DNA of 64,000 bases from an uncultured Methanosarcinaceae archaeon (GTDB taxonomy: Archaea; Halobacteriota; Methanosarcinia; Methanosarcinales; Methanosarcinaceae). A model generated the notes under the pieces. The model made no database searches and was not told the origin of the DNA. It saw nothing but the letters and a program-made list of their open reading frames with translations. The stretch spans positions 576,001 to 640,000 of the forward strand of contig CAVTET010000001.1 of NCBI GenBank assembly GCA_963733675.1. Direction: 5' to 3'. Positions 46,698 to 59,095 of the stretch are shown here, piece after piece (position 1 is the stretch's first letter; every line of letters starts with the position of its first letter). The position numbers and the translations under genes were made by a program.

Positions 46698-48095
46698 TTT
46701 CAGTCTCTCGATGTTTGTTCAGATATTAATGCTGAAAAATAACTACAAATTGCATATCCATAGAAAATTTCGATAAACCATTAATTTTCACGGGATATTT
46801 ATAGACATTTATAAGCATATGACGAAATTTATGTATTTATCGAAATCTGCTATAATTATCGCTGATTAATTATAAAATCTTTTGCATATTATATCTTAAA
46901 TTCTGTACAACAGTTGTAACTACTTCGATACATTGAACCTTTATTTATATTCTTTCATCATGAACTGTATTGAGTGTATTTCCACAAATGTTGAATTTTT
47001 TGTTCATACCAACTTACCTTGTAGGTTATAATATAACATCAGCTATTGTTTCAATCAATGTCGCAAAGTCCTGTAATTCTTCACGATAGGAGCTAGAAGC
47101 AATCGCTTAAACTGTTTCCTGAAGAACTAGGGCAGAACGGATTGGAAACAATAAACACGAAGAGCATAGGCTGATTCTAAAAAAAGCAAAATTAATCCAT
47201 AGTTGAGACGTATGAGGCACATCCAAATGACAGATTTAGAGTATAGAGCCAAGGTTTATGAAATTCTTAATATGTGAGAAATGGATTATGGAACCGAATA
47301 AACTTATAAATGTATTGATTAGAAACAAGTCAAATGCCATAATTAGAGAATGACTAGCCACATAAAGCCTGAGAACTCAGAAAAATGTGATTATAAATAT
47401 GCCAGAGTTGAACAGCAAATATATTCATGGTAATAGAACTCAAAGCAGGAAAAAAGGTGGCTCAGGTCACCAAAAGAAGAATCATTACAGATTTTACACA
47501 ATTCTTGAAAATTATCACTATCATAAAATATCATGAATCCTAATTAATCTGGTTGGTTATGTATAATCTCAGATCTACAAAGAGAGATCATTTTATGAAA
47601 CATTCAGCGAGGGTGGAGCAAAACAGATTTTTGACAAAATTTAATTTCATTACACTACTGAATCAGAGGTCAATGAACTAGCAATCAAAGTGATGTATAT
47701 GAATGTACTGATAGATTGGTAACATGGCGACATTTACCCATTAAGTGGTTACATGGACAAATAGAATCAATAGCAATAACAAAATAAACTGGAAGTTTAC
47801 AATTAATCATGCTAATAGAAAACTATTGGAGTATTATTTGATTATTCATCATAAAATAAGCAATGGGTATCTTCAAGTTGATTAGAAGATACCCAAGTAT
47901 CATGTTCAATGGTTAAATTGCCCTGATGCTAGTAATGCGATTCCAAATTATTTTCACAAGCATGGCTTTGGAATATATCCCAAATCAATTAATTTACCCT
48001 TAAACAAAGGATTTATTTTGAAATCGACTCACTAGTTTTTCAGTTAAATCTCACAGGACTATATAAATTACTATAGATAAAACGAACATATATTA

Positions 48096-49118
48096 ATGGG
48101 GTTTATAATGGAAAAAATTGAAGTTAGAGAATTAGCGCCATCTGAATACAAAGAATGGGATATGCTTGTAGAAAAAGCTCAATCTGGTACACTCTTTCAC
48201 ACAAGTCAATGGCTTGAAATCTGCAGGGACTTTCTTTTCAGGGATCTCAGGATTTATGGTTGTTTCAGAAATGATGAACTTGTTGGAGGATGCCCCCTCT
48301 TTGTTAAGAACCTAAAAGGGATACTGAAAGTAGGATCCTCCACCTGTAACATGACTGACTATTGTGGGCCCCTTATTAAGGAGAGTATGATCTCCAAAAA
48401 AAGCAAAAGAGTACAGGAAACTCATGAAATTCTTAATTCACTTAGAGAATTCCTATGTAGACAGGGTTTTGATAGTATTCACCTAGTGTTTTCTCCAGGT
48501 CTTGAGGACATCAGACCATTTACATGGAATGGATGGGACTCAAAGGTTCACTATACCAATCATCTAAATCTGAAAGAAAATGTTGATAATAATATTTCAA
48601 GGAAAATTCGGAGAGAACTTAAATCTGCAGCTGATGCGGGACTAAAGACAAGGATAAGAAATGATTCTGAAACCTATTATGGTCTACTTTCTATGGTCTA
48701 TGAAAAACAGAAAATGGAACCTCCAGTTCCCAGGACGTTTTTCGATAGAATTTTCAATCTGATTCGGGAGAAATCTGTTGGTTATATGTTTGTTTCCGAA
48801 ACTCCAAACGGAGAGGCAGTTGCAGCACATTTGAACCTCTACGGAAAGAGATGCACTGTTACCTGGTCTTCTGCCCTTAACCCATCCTTTAGCCGAATGG
48901 GCGCTAATACTCTTCTATATTATAATGAATTTCTTGACTTGCAATCCAAAAATTTTGAATATATGAATGTCATGGCAGGAAACGTTTCCAGATTTGCGGA
49001 CTTTATCATTGGCTTTTCTCCTGAAGTAGTACCTTATTACAGTGTAACCCTAGATAGCAAAAAGTGTTCAATACTTAAAACACTATACAAAAGTACTCAT
49101 GTGGGAACTGAATACTAA
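48096..49118 (+). CDS. GNAT/FemAB-like protein of glycan cluster
   Basis: WDMLV...GTLFHTSQWL; context. Confidence 0.75.
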   Translation: MGFIMEKIEVRELAPSEYKEWDMLVEKAQSGTLFHTSQWLEICRDFLFRDLRIYGCFRNDELVGGCPLFVKNLKGILKVGSSTCNMTDYCGPLIKESMISKKSKRVQETHEILNSLREFLCRQGFDSIHLVFSPGLEDIRPFTWNGWDSKVHYTNHLNLKENVDNNISRKIRRELKSAADAGLKTRIRNDSETYYGLLSMVYEKQKMEPPVPRTFFDRIFNLIREKSVGYMFVSETPNGEAVAAHLNLYGKRCTVTWSSALNPSFSRMGANTLLYYNEFLDLQSKNFEYMNVMAGNVSRFADFIIGFSPEVVPYYSVTLDSKKCSILKTLYKSTHVGTEY

Positions 49119-49239
49119 AATAAATATTCTTAAAAATATATAAAATTGGATTTCCCTAAAAATAATCTATTCAATTATTAATTTATTGTTTTTTTCGGAT
49201 GAAACTCTGAAGCCCTTTTTATAAGATCTCTACAAATTT

Positions 49240-50730
49240 TTATAATTTTCCCATGTTTTTTTTCTTTACGTTCACAAGGAAAGACGAAAATATTTTATTG
49301 AATGTTGGGTCATCATGTAAGGTTACAACATAGTATATAGGTGTTATAATCACTGCTGCAAGGAGGAGAATATAAAAGTTCGCAGAGAGTACTTCCAGCA
49401 GAATTAACGGGATCGAAACGACTATGCCGATTGCCGTATACTTACAAAGTATCTTTACACTTTCCATTTTATTAATCCCTGCAAGGTTCAGCAAATATGC
49501 ATTGTTCCAGAGCCAGAATAAAATTCCTGTAAAACTAAAAAGGCCAAGGGCAAATTCAGCGCTTCCATAAGTCCCACCTATAACCAGTGCCATGACTCTT
49601 GAGATTAAGAGAAATATACTGAAGGTTAGCCAAACTCCCTGTTTATCGAATACACTGTAAAGAGTTGAAATGGGCGAGGAAAGGAAGACCAGGAATATCC
49701 ACGGCACAAGAATCTTTATATATACACCAGATGTATACCAGCTTTTTCCGAAAGCAAAGGTAAATATCTCACCTCCAAGAATCAGCAAGAGTATCATCGG
49801 GAATACTCCTATTAGAATTAGCTTTTTGTAAACCTCGCTAACTATTACTTTCATATTTTCAGGATCGTTTCCATTTTTAATTTCACTTATTTTCTGAAAA
49901 AAAACTTGTTGTATAGCGGTTCCGAGAAGTCCCATAGGCATATTTACTACCTGATTAGCAAGTGAAAAATATCCTACAACGCTCGTTCCGTAATAATATG
50001 CAAGCAAAAATGTAGGTACTTGTGGAGAAATCGTGTTTGCAAGTGTAGACCAAGAACTAAACAAAGGAAAATTTTTGTATTTAATAGCCATATCTTTCAT
50101 TTTTTTAAATGATATTCTCTTGAAAACCCACAAGTCATTTTTTGCGCCTTTTAGCATGAATAAGTCTGCAAATCCATATCCTGCAACGTATCCGGCTATC
50201 AGGCCCAAAGGAGATACATTCCAGATAGGGATAACTAACTGAAAAGCTTTAGTTGAAACTGTATTTAATATTCTGGATCCTGCTATAACTCCAAAACGGA
50301 TCTTTCTTGAAAGCCAGTAATTCTGCACGAAAAAAATGCCATTAAAGAAAGTTATTGCTGGGATGTAAATTAAATATTTTGAAATTCCTGGAGCATTGAG
50401 CATGTGCTCAACATCTTTTGGAAGGAATAACACAGCTACAGCTGTGAGTAAAGAAGTAAGGGTTACCAATATTGCACAGAGAAAAGCAACGTTTGCAGAG
50501 TCTTCCTCTGTTTTTGGTAACATTATAGCAAACTGATATGAAAAAGTAGAAAAGATTATCAATATACCTGATATTGAGAGAAAAAGCTGAAAAATTCCTA
50601 AATCTTCAGGGCTGTAAATCCTGGTAAGTAAAGGTACCAGGAGTATACCCAGAATCTGTGCAGTAACACTCCCAGATACGAGTTTTAATACGTTGGCGAT
50701 AAAATTTGACGCCTTGTTAGGTTCTAACAT
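49240..50730 (-). CDS. Oligosaccharide flippase (Wzx-like)
   Basis: Multi-TM; LLTRIYSPEDLG, VGYFSLANQVV..P. Confidence 0.85.
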   Translation of the reverse strand: MLEPNKASNFIANVLKLVSGSVTAQILGILLVPLLTRIYSPEDLGIFQLFLSISGILIIFSTFSYQFAIMLPKTEEDSANVAFLCAILVTLTSLLTAVAVLFLPKDVEHMLNAPGISKYLIYIPAITFFNGIFFVQNYWLSRKIRFGVIAGSRILNTVSTKAFQLVIPIWNVSPLGLIAGYVAGYGFADLFMLKGAKNDLWVFKRISFKKMKDMAIKYKNFPLFSSWSTLANTISPQVPTFLLAYYYGTSVVGYFSLANQVVNMPMGLLGTAIQQVFFQKISEIKNGNDPENMKVIVSEVYKKLILIGVFPMILLLILGGEIFTFAFGKSWYTSGVYIKILVPWIFLVFLSSPISTLYSVFDKQGVWLTFSIFLLISRVMALVIGGTYGSAEFALGLFSFTGILFWLWNNAYLLNLAGINKMESVKILCKYTAIGIVVSIPLILLEVLSANFYILLLAAVIITPIYYVVTLHDDPTFNKIFSSFLVNVKKKNMGKL

Positions 50731-50825
50731 GTAATTTACAACCTTGAAATATAACTCAAAAATTTAAGTATGTTTTTTAAGTCAGATGATCAATAAGTAA
50801 ACAAAGTTTTCTATGGATTTAATAT

Positions 50826-52775
50826 CTATCTTCTATTTTTCTCTTTTAAATAGGCAAATACCTCTTCATTATCATATACCAATGCATAATCCCTTGCTTC
50901 GAACTTTCTGAAAAATTCTTTTGGCAGTGTCTGGATAATATTTACCCCATAACGGCTAGGATCGTTGATGGAAATCGGTTCATTCAGAGTTGATTTTCTC
51001 AGCAGGACCATTGAATTCCCATCAATTTCTTTTGTCTGTACATTATGAATGTTAAAATAGGTTGCGTTACTTGGATTATATCCAGAATCGCTGTAAAAAA
51101 TACAACTGTCATAAGGAGAATCCATTAATATTTTCCCAGAGTAGGTTTTAGATACTGTTTTAATAGCCTGGATTTCAATATCTTTGAATTGATTTCTTAT
51201 GGTCTGATCCTTTGCCACAAGAGGATTGTCTTTATTGATTCCCGGTGTTGTAACCATAAAAAATGAAAACAATAGAATTATTGTGAAGATCGCGAAAATC
51301 CTTGTTTTTCTAAGGTTAAAAAGGCTTACTAGTTTCAGTATATATGAGGCAGCTACGAGCACCAGAAATACTGATATCAAGGGAAACCATCTGCTTGTCA
51401 GAAGATTCCTCATCCCGAGTAAGGGAATCCCATAAGCAAAACTATACAGAATTACAACCACTAAAGCAACTGAAAATTTGTTGATTTTATTGACATTTTC
51501 TCGAGAAAACCACTCTAAAACTCCTCCAATAGCAAAAAAAGGTAGAATTAGGTAGCTTATGTGGAGTAGAATAACTTCTAGTGTTCCTTGGTTGGTTATG
51601 GAGCCTAAAATTAGTTCATCTCTTGAGTAATTTGTTCCTGCATGAAATACTTCCATGAGAGGCTTCAAAATCATCTCAAAAAAAGAGGTATTCGGGTTGA
51701 CGTATGTAAACATCCAGTAAGTCTGCATACTAACTATATAAAAAAGAATATAATTAAAACCGATTATCTTGGAAGGGGAATTCTTATACAGGTGGTTATG
51801 GAGGTATTTGGCCAGATATATTGTGACCAAACCAAAAAGTACCACAAAGGTAGTCAGTTGGTGAGTCAAAATCATCAAAATAGTAATTAATAGTATGAAT
51901 CCTGTATACTTCAATTCTTGTTTCTCGCTGTAAATTGCATATATCACAAATATAAAGTAGCAAAGAACTAGGGAACCCGGAGTTATGTTTGCAATTCCTG
52001 CAACAATATTTTGGTTATTTAAATTTATTAGTAAAGCTGCCAGCAAGCCCATTTTAGGGCCTTCAAGTTTCTTTCCTATGAGGTAAATGCCTGTTGTAAT
52101 GAAAATATTGGCAAATCCTATGGAATAAAAAAATGCGTCTTTTATATCCGCTTTGCCTATTATCTGAGTAGCTGAAATGAATATATGAGCAAGAGGGTAA
52201 TAGAAATACTTATCACTTATTTGAAAAGGAGCAACAAATCCAGTATTAGTAATTATACGTGCCATATTTGCATGAAAATAGGCATCATAACCCATGAGAC
52301 TCGGAAAATTATAAAAAATCCCGGCTCTTATGAGGATTGAAAGCAACAATATCTGCAACAATATAGAGTTTACCCTATCTCCATCTCTAACATAAAGAAT
52401 CTCTGAGGCTATAATACCTGCTAAGATACATATTAGTATAAAATAAGATATAGGTCTATAATAAATATTCATGCTGTATATTAATATGCATATAAGGAAA
52501 AAGACATAATATGAGAAATTCAATACATTTTTTAGTCTGTCTTTTCCTAAAGATATATAATCCTCATTTTTAAATTTATTTCTAAAGAAAGTGTAGATTA
52601 AACAGGAAGATAAAATAGCAAGCCCAATATCTTTTTGGTTTAACTTGACTAGATAATATAAAGAAATAATCAATAATCCTAAACCAATCCCCATAAAACT
52701 GAGAATTACGTCAAAGTTTTGAGTAAATATCTCTGAATATTTTCTGACAGTTTCCATACATCCCCACATAATCAT
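50826..52775 (-). CDS. Polytopic membrane protein (GT-C/polymerase-like)
   Basis: More than 12 TM segments; GYDAYFH and YFYYPLAH motifs. Confidence 0.7.
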   Translation of the reverse strand: MIMWGCMETVRKYSEIFTQNFDVILSFMGIGLGLLIISLYYLVKLNQKDIGLAILSSCLIYTFFRNKFKNEDYISLGKDRLKNVLNFSYYVFFLICILIYSMNIYYRPISYFILICILAGIIASEILYVRDGDRVNSILLQILLLSILIRAGIFYNFPSLMGYDAYFHANMARIITNTGFVAPFQISDKYFYYPLAHIFISATQIIGKADIKDAFFYSIGFANIFITTGIYLIGKKLEGPKMGLLAALLINLNNQNIVAGIANITPGSLVLCYFIFVIYAIYSEKQELKYTGFILLITILMILTHQLTTFVVLFGLVTIYLAKYLHNHLYKNSPSKIIGFNYILFYIVSMQTYWMFTYVNPNTSFFEMILKPLMEVFHAGTNYSRDELILGSITNQGTLEVILLHISYLILPFFAIGGVLEWFSRENVNKINKFSVALVVVILYSFAYGIPLLGMRNLLTSRWFPLISVFLVLVAASYILKLVSLFNLRKTRIFAIFTIILLFSFFMVTTPGINKDNPLVAKDQTIRNQFKDIEIQAIKTVSKTYSGKILMDSPYDSCIFYSDSGYNPSNATYFNIHNVQTKEIDGNSMVLLRKSTLNEPISINDPSRYGVNIIQTLPKEFFRKFEARDYALVYDNEEVFAYLKEKNRR

Positions 52776-52814
52776 AAATTTTTATATACAAATTACTTAC
52801 CAATTAAATAATCT

Positions 52815-53400
52815 TCTTTTTTAAGGCAGATTATATTTATTGCAGATCATACTTTTTCCTTGAACTTATTCTTTTGACTCGTTATGTCTGTAGTATTCGC
52901 AATTTTTCTTCTATTAGAAGAAGGTCTGAGTTCTAGATGCCATTCAGGCACCCTTTTGGCCAAAATATTGCAAAATTGTTATATAAGATCTCAGGCAGGT
53001 CTACTGCATAGATGTTTTATGTAAGATGACGGTAAGCGCTCTTCTGTGACTTTCAACTGTAAAGATAAGCTTTTCTGTGAGTTCCAATGCTTGCTTGAAG
53101 TCTAGATACATCTGGCTGAAAAGATTTGTATCCATTATGTTTATGGGGATTTAGAGATACCAATTTCTTCTCCTGTGTTAAGGTTATATATACTGAAGGT
53201 TGGAGTATTCAGTTCCTGAATCCTGAACAATAATGATAACTGAAAGTAAAATCATAAATAAACCTGCTTTTGCCAGCAATTCACAGATTTTCGGGTCTTT
53301 AAACTGCAAATAATGATTTCTGTAACTAATATTTTTTTGAGCACTTTTTCTAGCGTTTATTTTTTTTCTTTTGATTTCCATTGGGTTGTTATATCCACAT
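52815..53400 (-). pseudogene. Remnant of membrane protein (DUF1616-like)
   Basis: Fragmented frames, KLIFTV...DLHL-like C-terminus. Confidence 0.35.
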
Positions 53401-54661
53401 ATCTGCCGTGAAATTTTACTTTCCCTCCATCACCTAAAATATGGCTCATTTCTCTATCCAGTGCTTCAATTCTGAAGGTAAAATCTCCATTCACTGAATC
53501 ACGAGTCAAGAAATAAAAAGTTGATGTCGCTTTGTATTTCTTCTTCTAGATCTATAATTTATCTGAAATTCAATATACAGATCCATTTTTTTTGTATATA
53601 CTTGATAATAGAAGCATAGAAGCTACTATAAACTGACATTTTTTTTAGAATTTGTAAATTTTTGATCCCAGTTTCTCACATTCTAGTGAATAAAAAATCT
53701 ATGCAGTGAGTCTGCCATAGATAAAATTTTATGATATCTAGATATTTGAAAGTCAGTCTATTTTTGATCATACTGTACTCAATTTCACGCTTCAAAACAT
53801 TCTTTGACTGACAAGACAATGAAAAACCTTTTATATGCATCTAAAAGGATAGGGGTATATTCTCAGTTATTATAAATACTTTTAATTTTTTTATACTTTA
53901 TTATGTTTTTTAATACTATGTCCTTCTTATCCTTACCATTTGAACTTCTAACTTTATTAAATATTTGGTTGACTCCCCGTGTTAAAGAATTAGAATCGAA
54001 ATAGATGCTTATAGATTGAAATCCAAGACTGAAAATTGAAAGTAAACTAAAAATTGAAATTTAATGACTCAGAGCTCATAAGAATCTGAAATTGAGTGCC
54101 TCAAACATTTAACATTGTTAGTATAGATGAGGTTTTATCGATATACAAGAACGTACCCAAAAAACCGAAAAATGACTAAATTATTTAGTTCTACTTTTAT
54201 ATATTTAAATTTCAGTTAGCAAGTTTATTGAGAGAAAATTCTAAACAGAAAAATACAGCTTATATCTCCTAAAATGTCTTAGTTGCGGCAACTTTGAGAT
54301 TAAATGTGATATTCTTTTATATATATCTCCAAAGCCAAAGATAGTTTAAACCTGCACCTTTTACATAATCTCATTATTCCAATTTTCTAAAGCTTAGAAG
54401 TATGTCGTGATTACCTGCATACCTTTAGACGGGTATTTCAGTGATTAGATTATTATGTCTTATAATATTTTTTAGTCGTAAGTTGCTAGGCAAAAGATCA
54501 GGGGCGGGCATTGCATGATTTTTAAATAGTTCCGACTATCACTTTTTTCTGCAGACTCTTTGGTCTCTGGGTCTGCACTAATTTTGAGGAATGTTTGGTT
54601 ATTCATGTCCCTCATCTCAAATTCGAGCGTGGCGGTCTCTCACCCATAACTTTCATCAGTC

Positions 54662-54886
54662 TCAATTCTTGTTTTTAAGCTTCTCAAGCAGTGCTGAAAC
54701 TCTTTCTTTTGCGGCCTCTGTCTCTTGCAAATCCCTAGTGATGGCAATATCTAGAATGTCGCCTTCCTTACTTCCAGAAGGTAATAAAATGAGAGGGACG
54801 TTGATATTAATTTCTTCTTCATCCCTTACAAGCAATACGGCCTCACATCCTTCAATTATATCAAAAGTAATTTTGAAGCTCTCCAT
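54662..54886 (-). CDS. DUF3006-family protein
   Basis: LLPSGSKEGDILDI; follows the MBL lipoprotein. Confidence 0.8.
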   Translation of the reverse strand: MESFKITFDIIEGCEAVLLVRDEEEININVPLILLPSGSKEGDILDIAITRDLQETEAAKERVSALLEKLKNKN

Positions 54887-54890
54887 AACA

Positions 54891-55872
54891 TCAATTCTCC
54901 GTACTCACTGAATAGGAAGATCCATCCGTTGTTATAGTGATTGTGCCGTCCAAGTCGGTTCGATATACCTTGGAAACCTGATGCAATCTATCTAGAGTAT
55001 TTTGATGCGGATGTCCGTAGTCATTTCCCGCACCAACTTCGATACCACTTATATCGGGACTTACTGCACTAATAAAAGGAACTCCACTTGCTGTCTTGCT
55101 TCCATGGTGCCCGACTTTCAGGATATCAGCATCAACATTGTAGCCATCTTTCATTATCTCATTTTCTGTTTCAATCCCCGCGTCACCCATCAATAAGAAA
55201 GTTACATTTCCGTCAGTAACTTTTAGCACAATCGAGTTCTGGTTGATGTCATCGGTAAAGTATGTACTCCCTGGGTTCAGAACCTGGACGTCGACACCAG
55301 ATATGAAGTTAATTTTGTCCCCTCTCTTGGAGTCTCAAATGGAATATTCTTCTTATCGATTGTAGTCAACATATTCTCATAGGTTTTGGAGGAATGAGCG
55401 TAGCCACTATCTACAAAATGGCCTATTGGGAAATCATTAAGAATAGTGTACATCCTCCAATGTGGTCGCTGTGGGGGTGCGTAGCTACAACGTAATCAAG
55501 CGACTTGATACCTTCGCTCTTTATATATGTGGCTACCTCATTACCTTTGCCTATTTCACCAGAATCAATAAGCATAGTATCATCACCGTGTTCGAGTAAA
55601 ATAGAATCTCCCTGGCCAACATCGAGAAAGTGAACAGTAAGGTTCTCTCCTGCAGATGAAAGCTCTTTACTTTGACTTTCTATTGTAGGATTCTGCTGTT
55701 TAGCTGTAGACCCTGGCATGGGATGTTCAGTTGGCTGTGTTGGCTGTTCGGAAGCTGCTGCTTTTTCTGTAGACACTTTTTCTGGAGTATTCGATTTTGA
55801 ATCACTACATCCAGCTGCAAAGATCACAAATAATAAACAGATAATGATGATAAGAATTCGTGAAAGTTTCAT
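54891..55872 (-). pseudogene. ComEC/Rec2-like metallo-beta-lactamase lipoprotein, frameshifted
   Basis: Lipobox AAGC, DVGQGDS, THPHSDHIGG, GDA, KVGHHGS, YGHP, YRTD. Confidence 0.85.
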
Positions 55873-56106
55873 GAGAATAGCAATGCTATAAAGGTATTAT
55901 AAGGATTAGATTTTATTGAGGCTGTTCACATGCTGACAGGCCACAAAGTAAAACAATGTAAATAAACTTTAAATTTGAGAAGCACTTCAAAAATTGATAT
56001 AAATAAAACACTCTATATTATAAATTTTAAAGTTTTGGTTATATTAACAATTCTGTTTCGTAGAGCTATACAACTAATTTGTTTGGGAATAGCGCCTTGA
56101 AAAAAG

Positions 56107-56971
56107 GGTTCCGTTGCAAAAAATTCAAAAAAATATGTAAATCTATAAGTAATGAATAAAAATCAAAATATTCAAGGAAAATGTACTAACATTATAAAAC
56201 CATACCAAACAATTGATTAATGTATTTGACTTCATTACGAACCGAGTAATTGAGATTATTGACTTGTCCTTTTTTGACCATATTCATAGCTTCAATTCCT
56301 TTTAAGGTTTTATTAGCAGATCGAAAAGACTGAAATCCTAACATTGGATTAACTATCCGCTTTATAGATCTATGATCTTGTTCTATAATGTTATTCAAAT
56401 ACTTGATTTGTCTAATGCCTACGTTTTTAGGTAGTATTTTATCATTTTTCAGTTTATCTATAGCAGGTGGATAAGCTGGATTCTTATCAACTGTTATTAC
56501 TCTTGGAATTTGATTATGATTAGAACTCAAAGCTTTCTTAAAGAATCTATTCGCTGCTATTCTATTTCGTTTTGCACTTAACATGAAATCAATTGTATCT
56601 CCATTTGAATCAACTGCTCGGTAAAGATATTTCCATTTACCATTTACTTTGATATAGGTTTCATCAACTCTCTACGAATCATTTGTGGGTCTTAAATGTC
56701 TTCTTATTCTTCGTTTCTATTTCAGGAAAATATTGATGTACCCATCTCATTATAGTACTGTGATCAACTTGAATTCCTCTTTCTATCATCATTTCCTTTA
56801 AACTTCTATAGCTCAATGGGTATTTTAAGTACCATCTTACATTCAATAAGATAATTTCTCCTTCATAATGCTTCCATTTAAAGGAATGAGATAGCATGAT
56901 AGCATATTACTACCTTTGGTTTTCTTTTTATTTTATTATATCATTAGAAAGGATTTTTTTGCAACGGAACC
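56107..56971 (-). mobile_element. IS6 copy B (865 bp), transposase with +1 frameshift and TAG
   Basis: TIRs; appears to be the exact reverse complement of copy C. Confidence 0.95.
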
Positions 56972-57160
56972 GATATTTCTATGTCCATGGTTTTCAGTAC
57001 CTATGGCCATAAATGAAAATTACCCGTTTATCGGATTTATATCTTCAATACATCAGTACTCATTCATATATTTAAATAGTTTAACTGTTTAATGTATTAT
57101 AGAGTTAGCATATAGTATATGCTCTGACAACTCCTTTATAGAAACTTAGGGGTATTTATA

Positions 57161-57439
57161 ATGCTTTCAATTTTTTCCATAGGTACTGAAGGATTTTCAG
57201 CAGTTAGTTCTTTTCCAGGAATAGGTATCTGTTTTCTCTATACCTATTTTGGAGTTCCTGTATATTACAAGATTACGATCTTGGGGCTCATCGCTCTTTT
57301 TGGAATGAAGGAAATGCTAACTGTCTCCACCAAAAAGGACAACCTTTCAACTGACTCCATGGACATGGGTATTTACCCTCTGCTGATATGTTTTATTGCC
57401 ACTTTTCTCACCATGGCATTTGGAAGAATTTCTTCATAG
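57161..57439 (+). CDS. Small membrane protein
   Basis: Three hydrophobic segments. Confidence 0.55.
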   Translation: MLSIFSIGTEGFSAVSSFPGIGICFLYTYFGVPVYYKITILGLIALFGMKEMLTVSTKKDNLSTDSMDMGIYPLLICFIATFLTMAFGRISS

Positions 57440-58012
57440 TTACCATCTTAAAATTAGCTAATTTTTGTACTTTTAAAAAGTTTGTTTCTTGATGTTATGT
57501 ATATTTTTTGTTAAATTTCTGAGTTATAATAACACTTATTTTTTCATTTTAGAGATTTTAATAGCCTATAATTAATATATTTTATAAATATTGATAATCT
57601 TAGTTAAGAAACTTTGTTCCCATAACTATTTATTATGGAAATAGTCATCTTCTTATAAGAATTATATTAGTTAATTATCTTATATTAAGAAAAAATTTAG
57701 GCTTTATAAGTAACATTATTATGAAAACGACTTTTTCCGATGAACCGAAGTAATTTTCTCCATCTGTAAGATAAGGGGAGATGTAATTAAATTGTAAATA
57801 TAGTAAAGAAACTGATGTAAATTGGAAGTCGACAATATACTTCTTAATAATATAGAATAGATAGATTTTCTGATTTGTTGAAATTACCTTATCTAATACA
57901 CTTTCGCATTGGCTTTTTAGCTGATTTTATTCCTTGGTTCTTCGAGAATCTGTCATACAAACAGACTGTTTGTCTCATTAGGTACATTGTAATTATGATA
58001 AGATTATAGGGA

Positions 58013-59095
58013 GTGAAAATATTGAGAGTCCTTATTGATGTAGGCCATCCAGCCCATGTTCATTTTTTTAAAAACACGATATGGAGTCTTGAGAAGAAAG
58101 GACACAAAGTAATGGTGGTCTCGCGGGATAAAGATGTAGTATTGGAACTACTGACAGCCTACAAAATTCCACATACAGTTTTAAGTAAAGTGAAACCTGG
58201 AAAAGTTCATTTGCTTGAAGAGTTGTTTATAAGGGAGTATAAAATTCTCAAAATAGCCAAACAATTTGACCCTGACGTTTTAATGGGTATACTTTCTCCA
58301 AATATAGCTCAGATAGCATGGATTCTGCGAAAAAAATCCATAATTTTCAACGATACAGAGCACGCAGTACTTGTCCAGAAAATAACTTATCCTTTCTGTG
58401 ATATAATCTGTACCCCTTCATGCCATTTAAAATATGAAGGAAAAAAACAAATAAATTATAGTGGTTATCATGAACTAGCTTACCTTCATCCATCTTATTT
58501 TAATCCGCACAATGAGATTATTAAGGAGCTTGGGGTAGAGATGGGTGAGCCCTTCATTATCCTTCGTTTCATCACATGGAACGCGCATCACGATGTAGGA
58601 CAGCGGGGAATCGAAAATAAATTGCGGCTTGTTCAAGAACTTGAGAAATTTGGGAAAGTATTTATTACCTCAGAAGGGCCACTGGTAGAGGAGTTTAAAA
58701 AATATAAGATAAGAGTCCCCTCCGAAAAAATTCATCATCTGCTTTATTATGCTACACTGTATGTGGGTGAGGGAGCTACTATGGCTGTTGAAAGTGCGAT
58801 ACTGGGGACTCCTTCAATATACGTTTCTACTCTTGCAGGAACTATGGGAAATTTCTCTGAACTCGAAGAGCATTACAGTTTGCTATTCAACTACAGCGAT
58901 TCTGAAGCTGCTCTTGCAAAAGCCTTAGAGCTTCTGAAAAATCCAGAACTTAAGAAAACTTGGAGCCTTAAAAGAGCCGTTCTCCTAAGAGATAAGATCG
59001 ATGTGACTGAATTCATTGTTAAGCTCATAGAAAGCCTTCCTGTAAAGAAATCTAGGATATCTTTGCCTGCAGTCTCGGATGAGAGTTATGCATGA
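58013..59095 (+). CDS. DUF354-family (GT-B-like) protein
   Basis: DVGHPAHVHFFK, GYHELAYLHP, GATMAVESAILGTP. Confidence 0.88.
   Translation: MKILRVLIDVGHPAHVHFFKNTIWSLEKKGHKVMVVSRDKDVVLELLTAYKIPHTVLSKVKPGKVHLLEELFIREYKILKIAKQFDPDVLMGILSPNIAQIAWILRKKSIIFNDTEHAVLVQKITYPFCDIICTPSCHLKYEGKKQINYSGYHELAYLHPSYFNPHNEIIKELGVEMGEPFIILRFITWNAHHDVGQRGIENKLRLVQELEKFGKVFITSEGPLVEEFKKYKIRVPSEKIHHLLYYATLYVGEGATMAVESAILGTPSIYVSTLAGTMGNFSELEEHYSLLFNYSDSEAALAKALELLKNPELKKTWSLKRAVLLRDKIDVTEFIVKLIESLPVKKSRISLPAVSDESYA

Noticed and set aside
45967-46776. 269-aa plus-strand repetitive ORF
   Set aside because: Antisense shadow of the TPR gene
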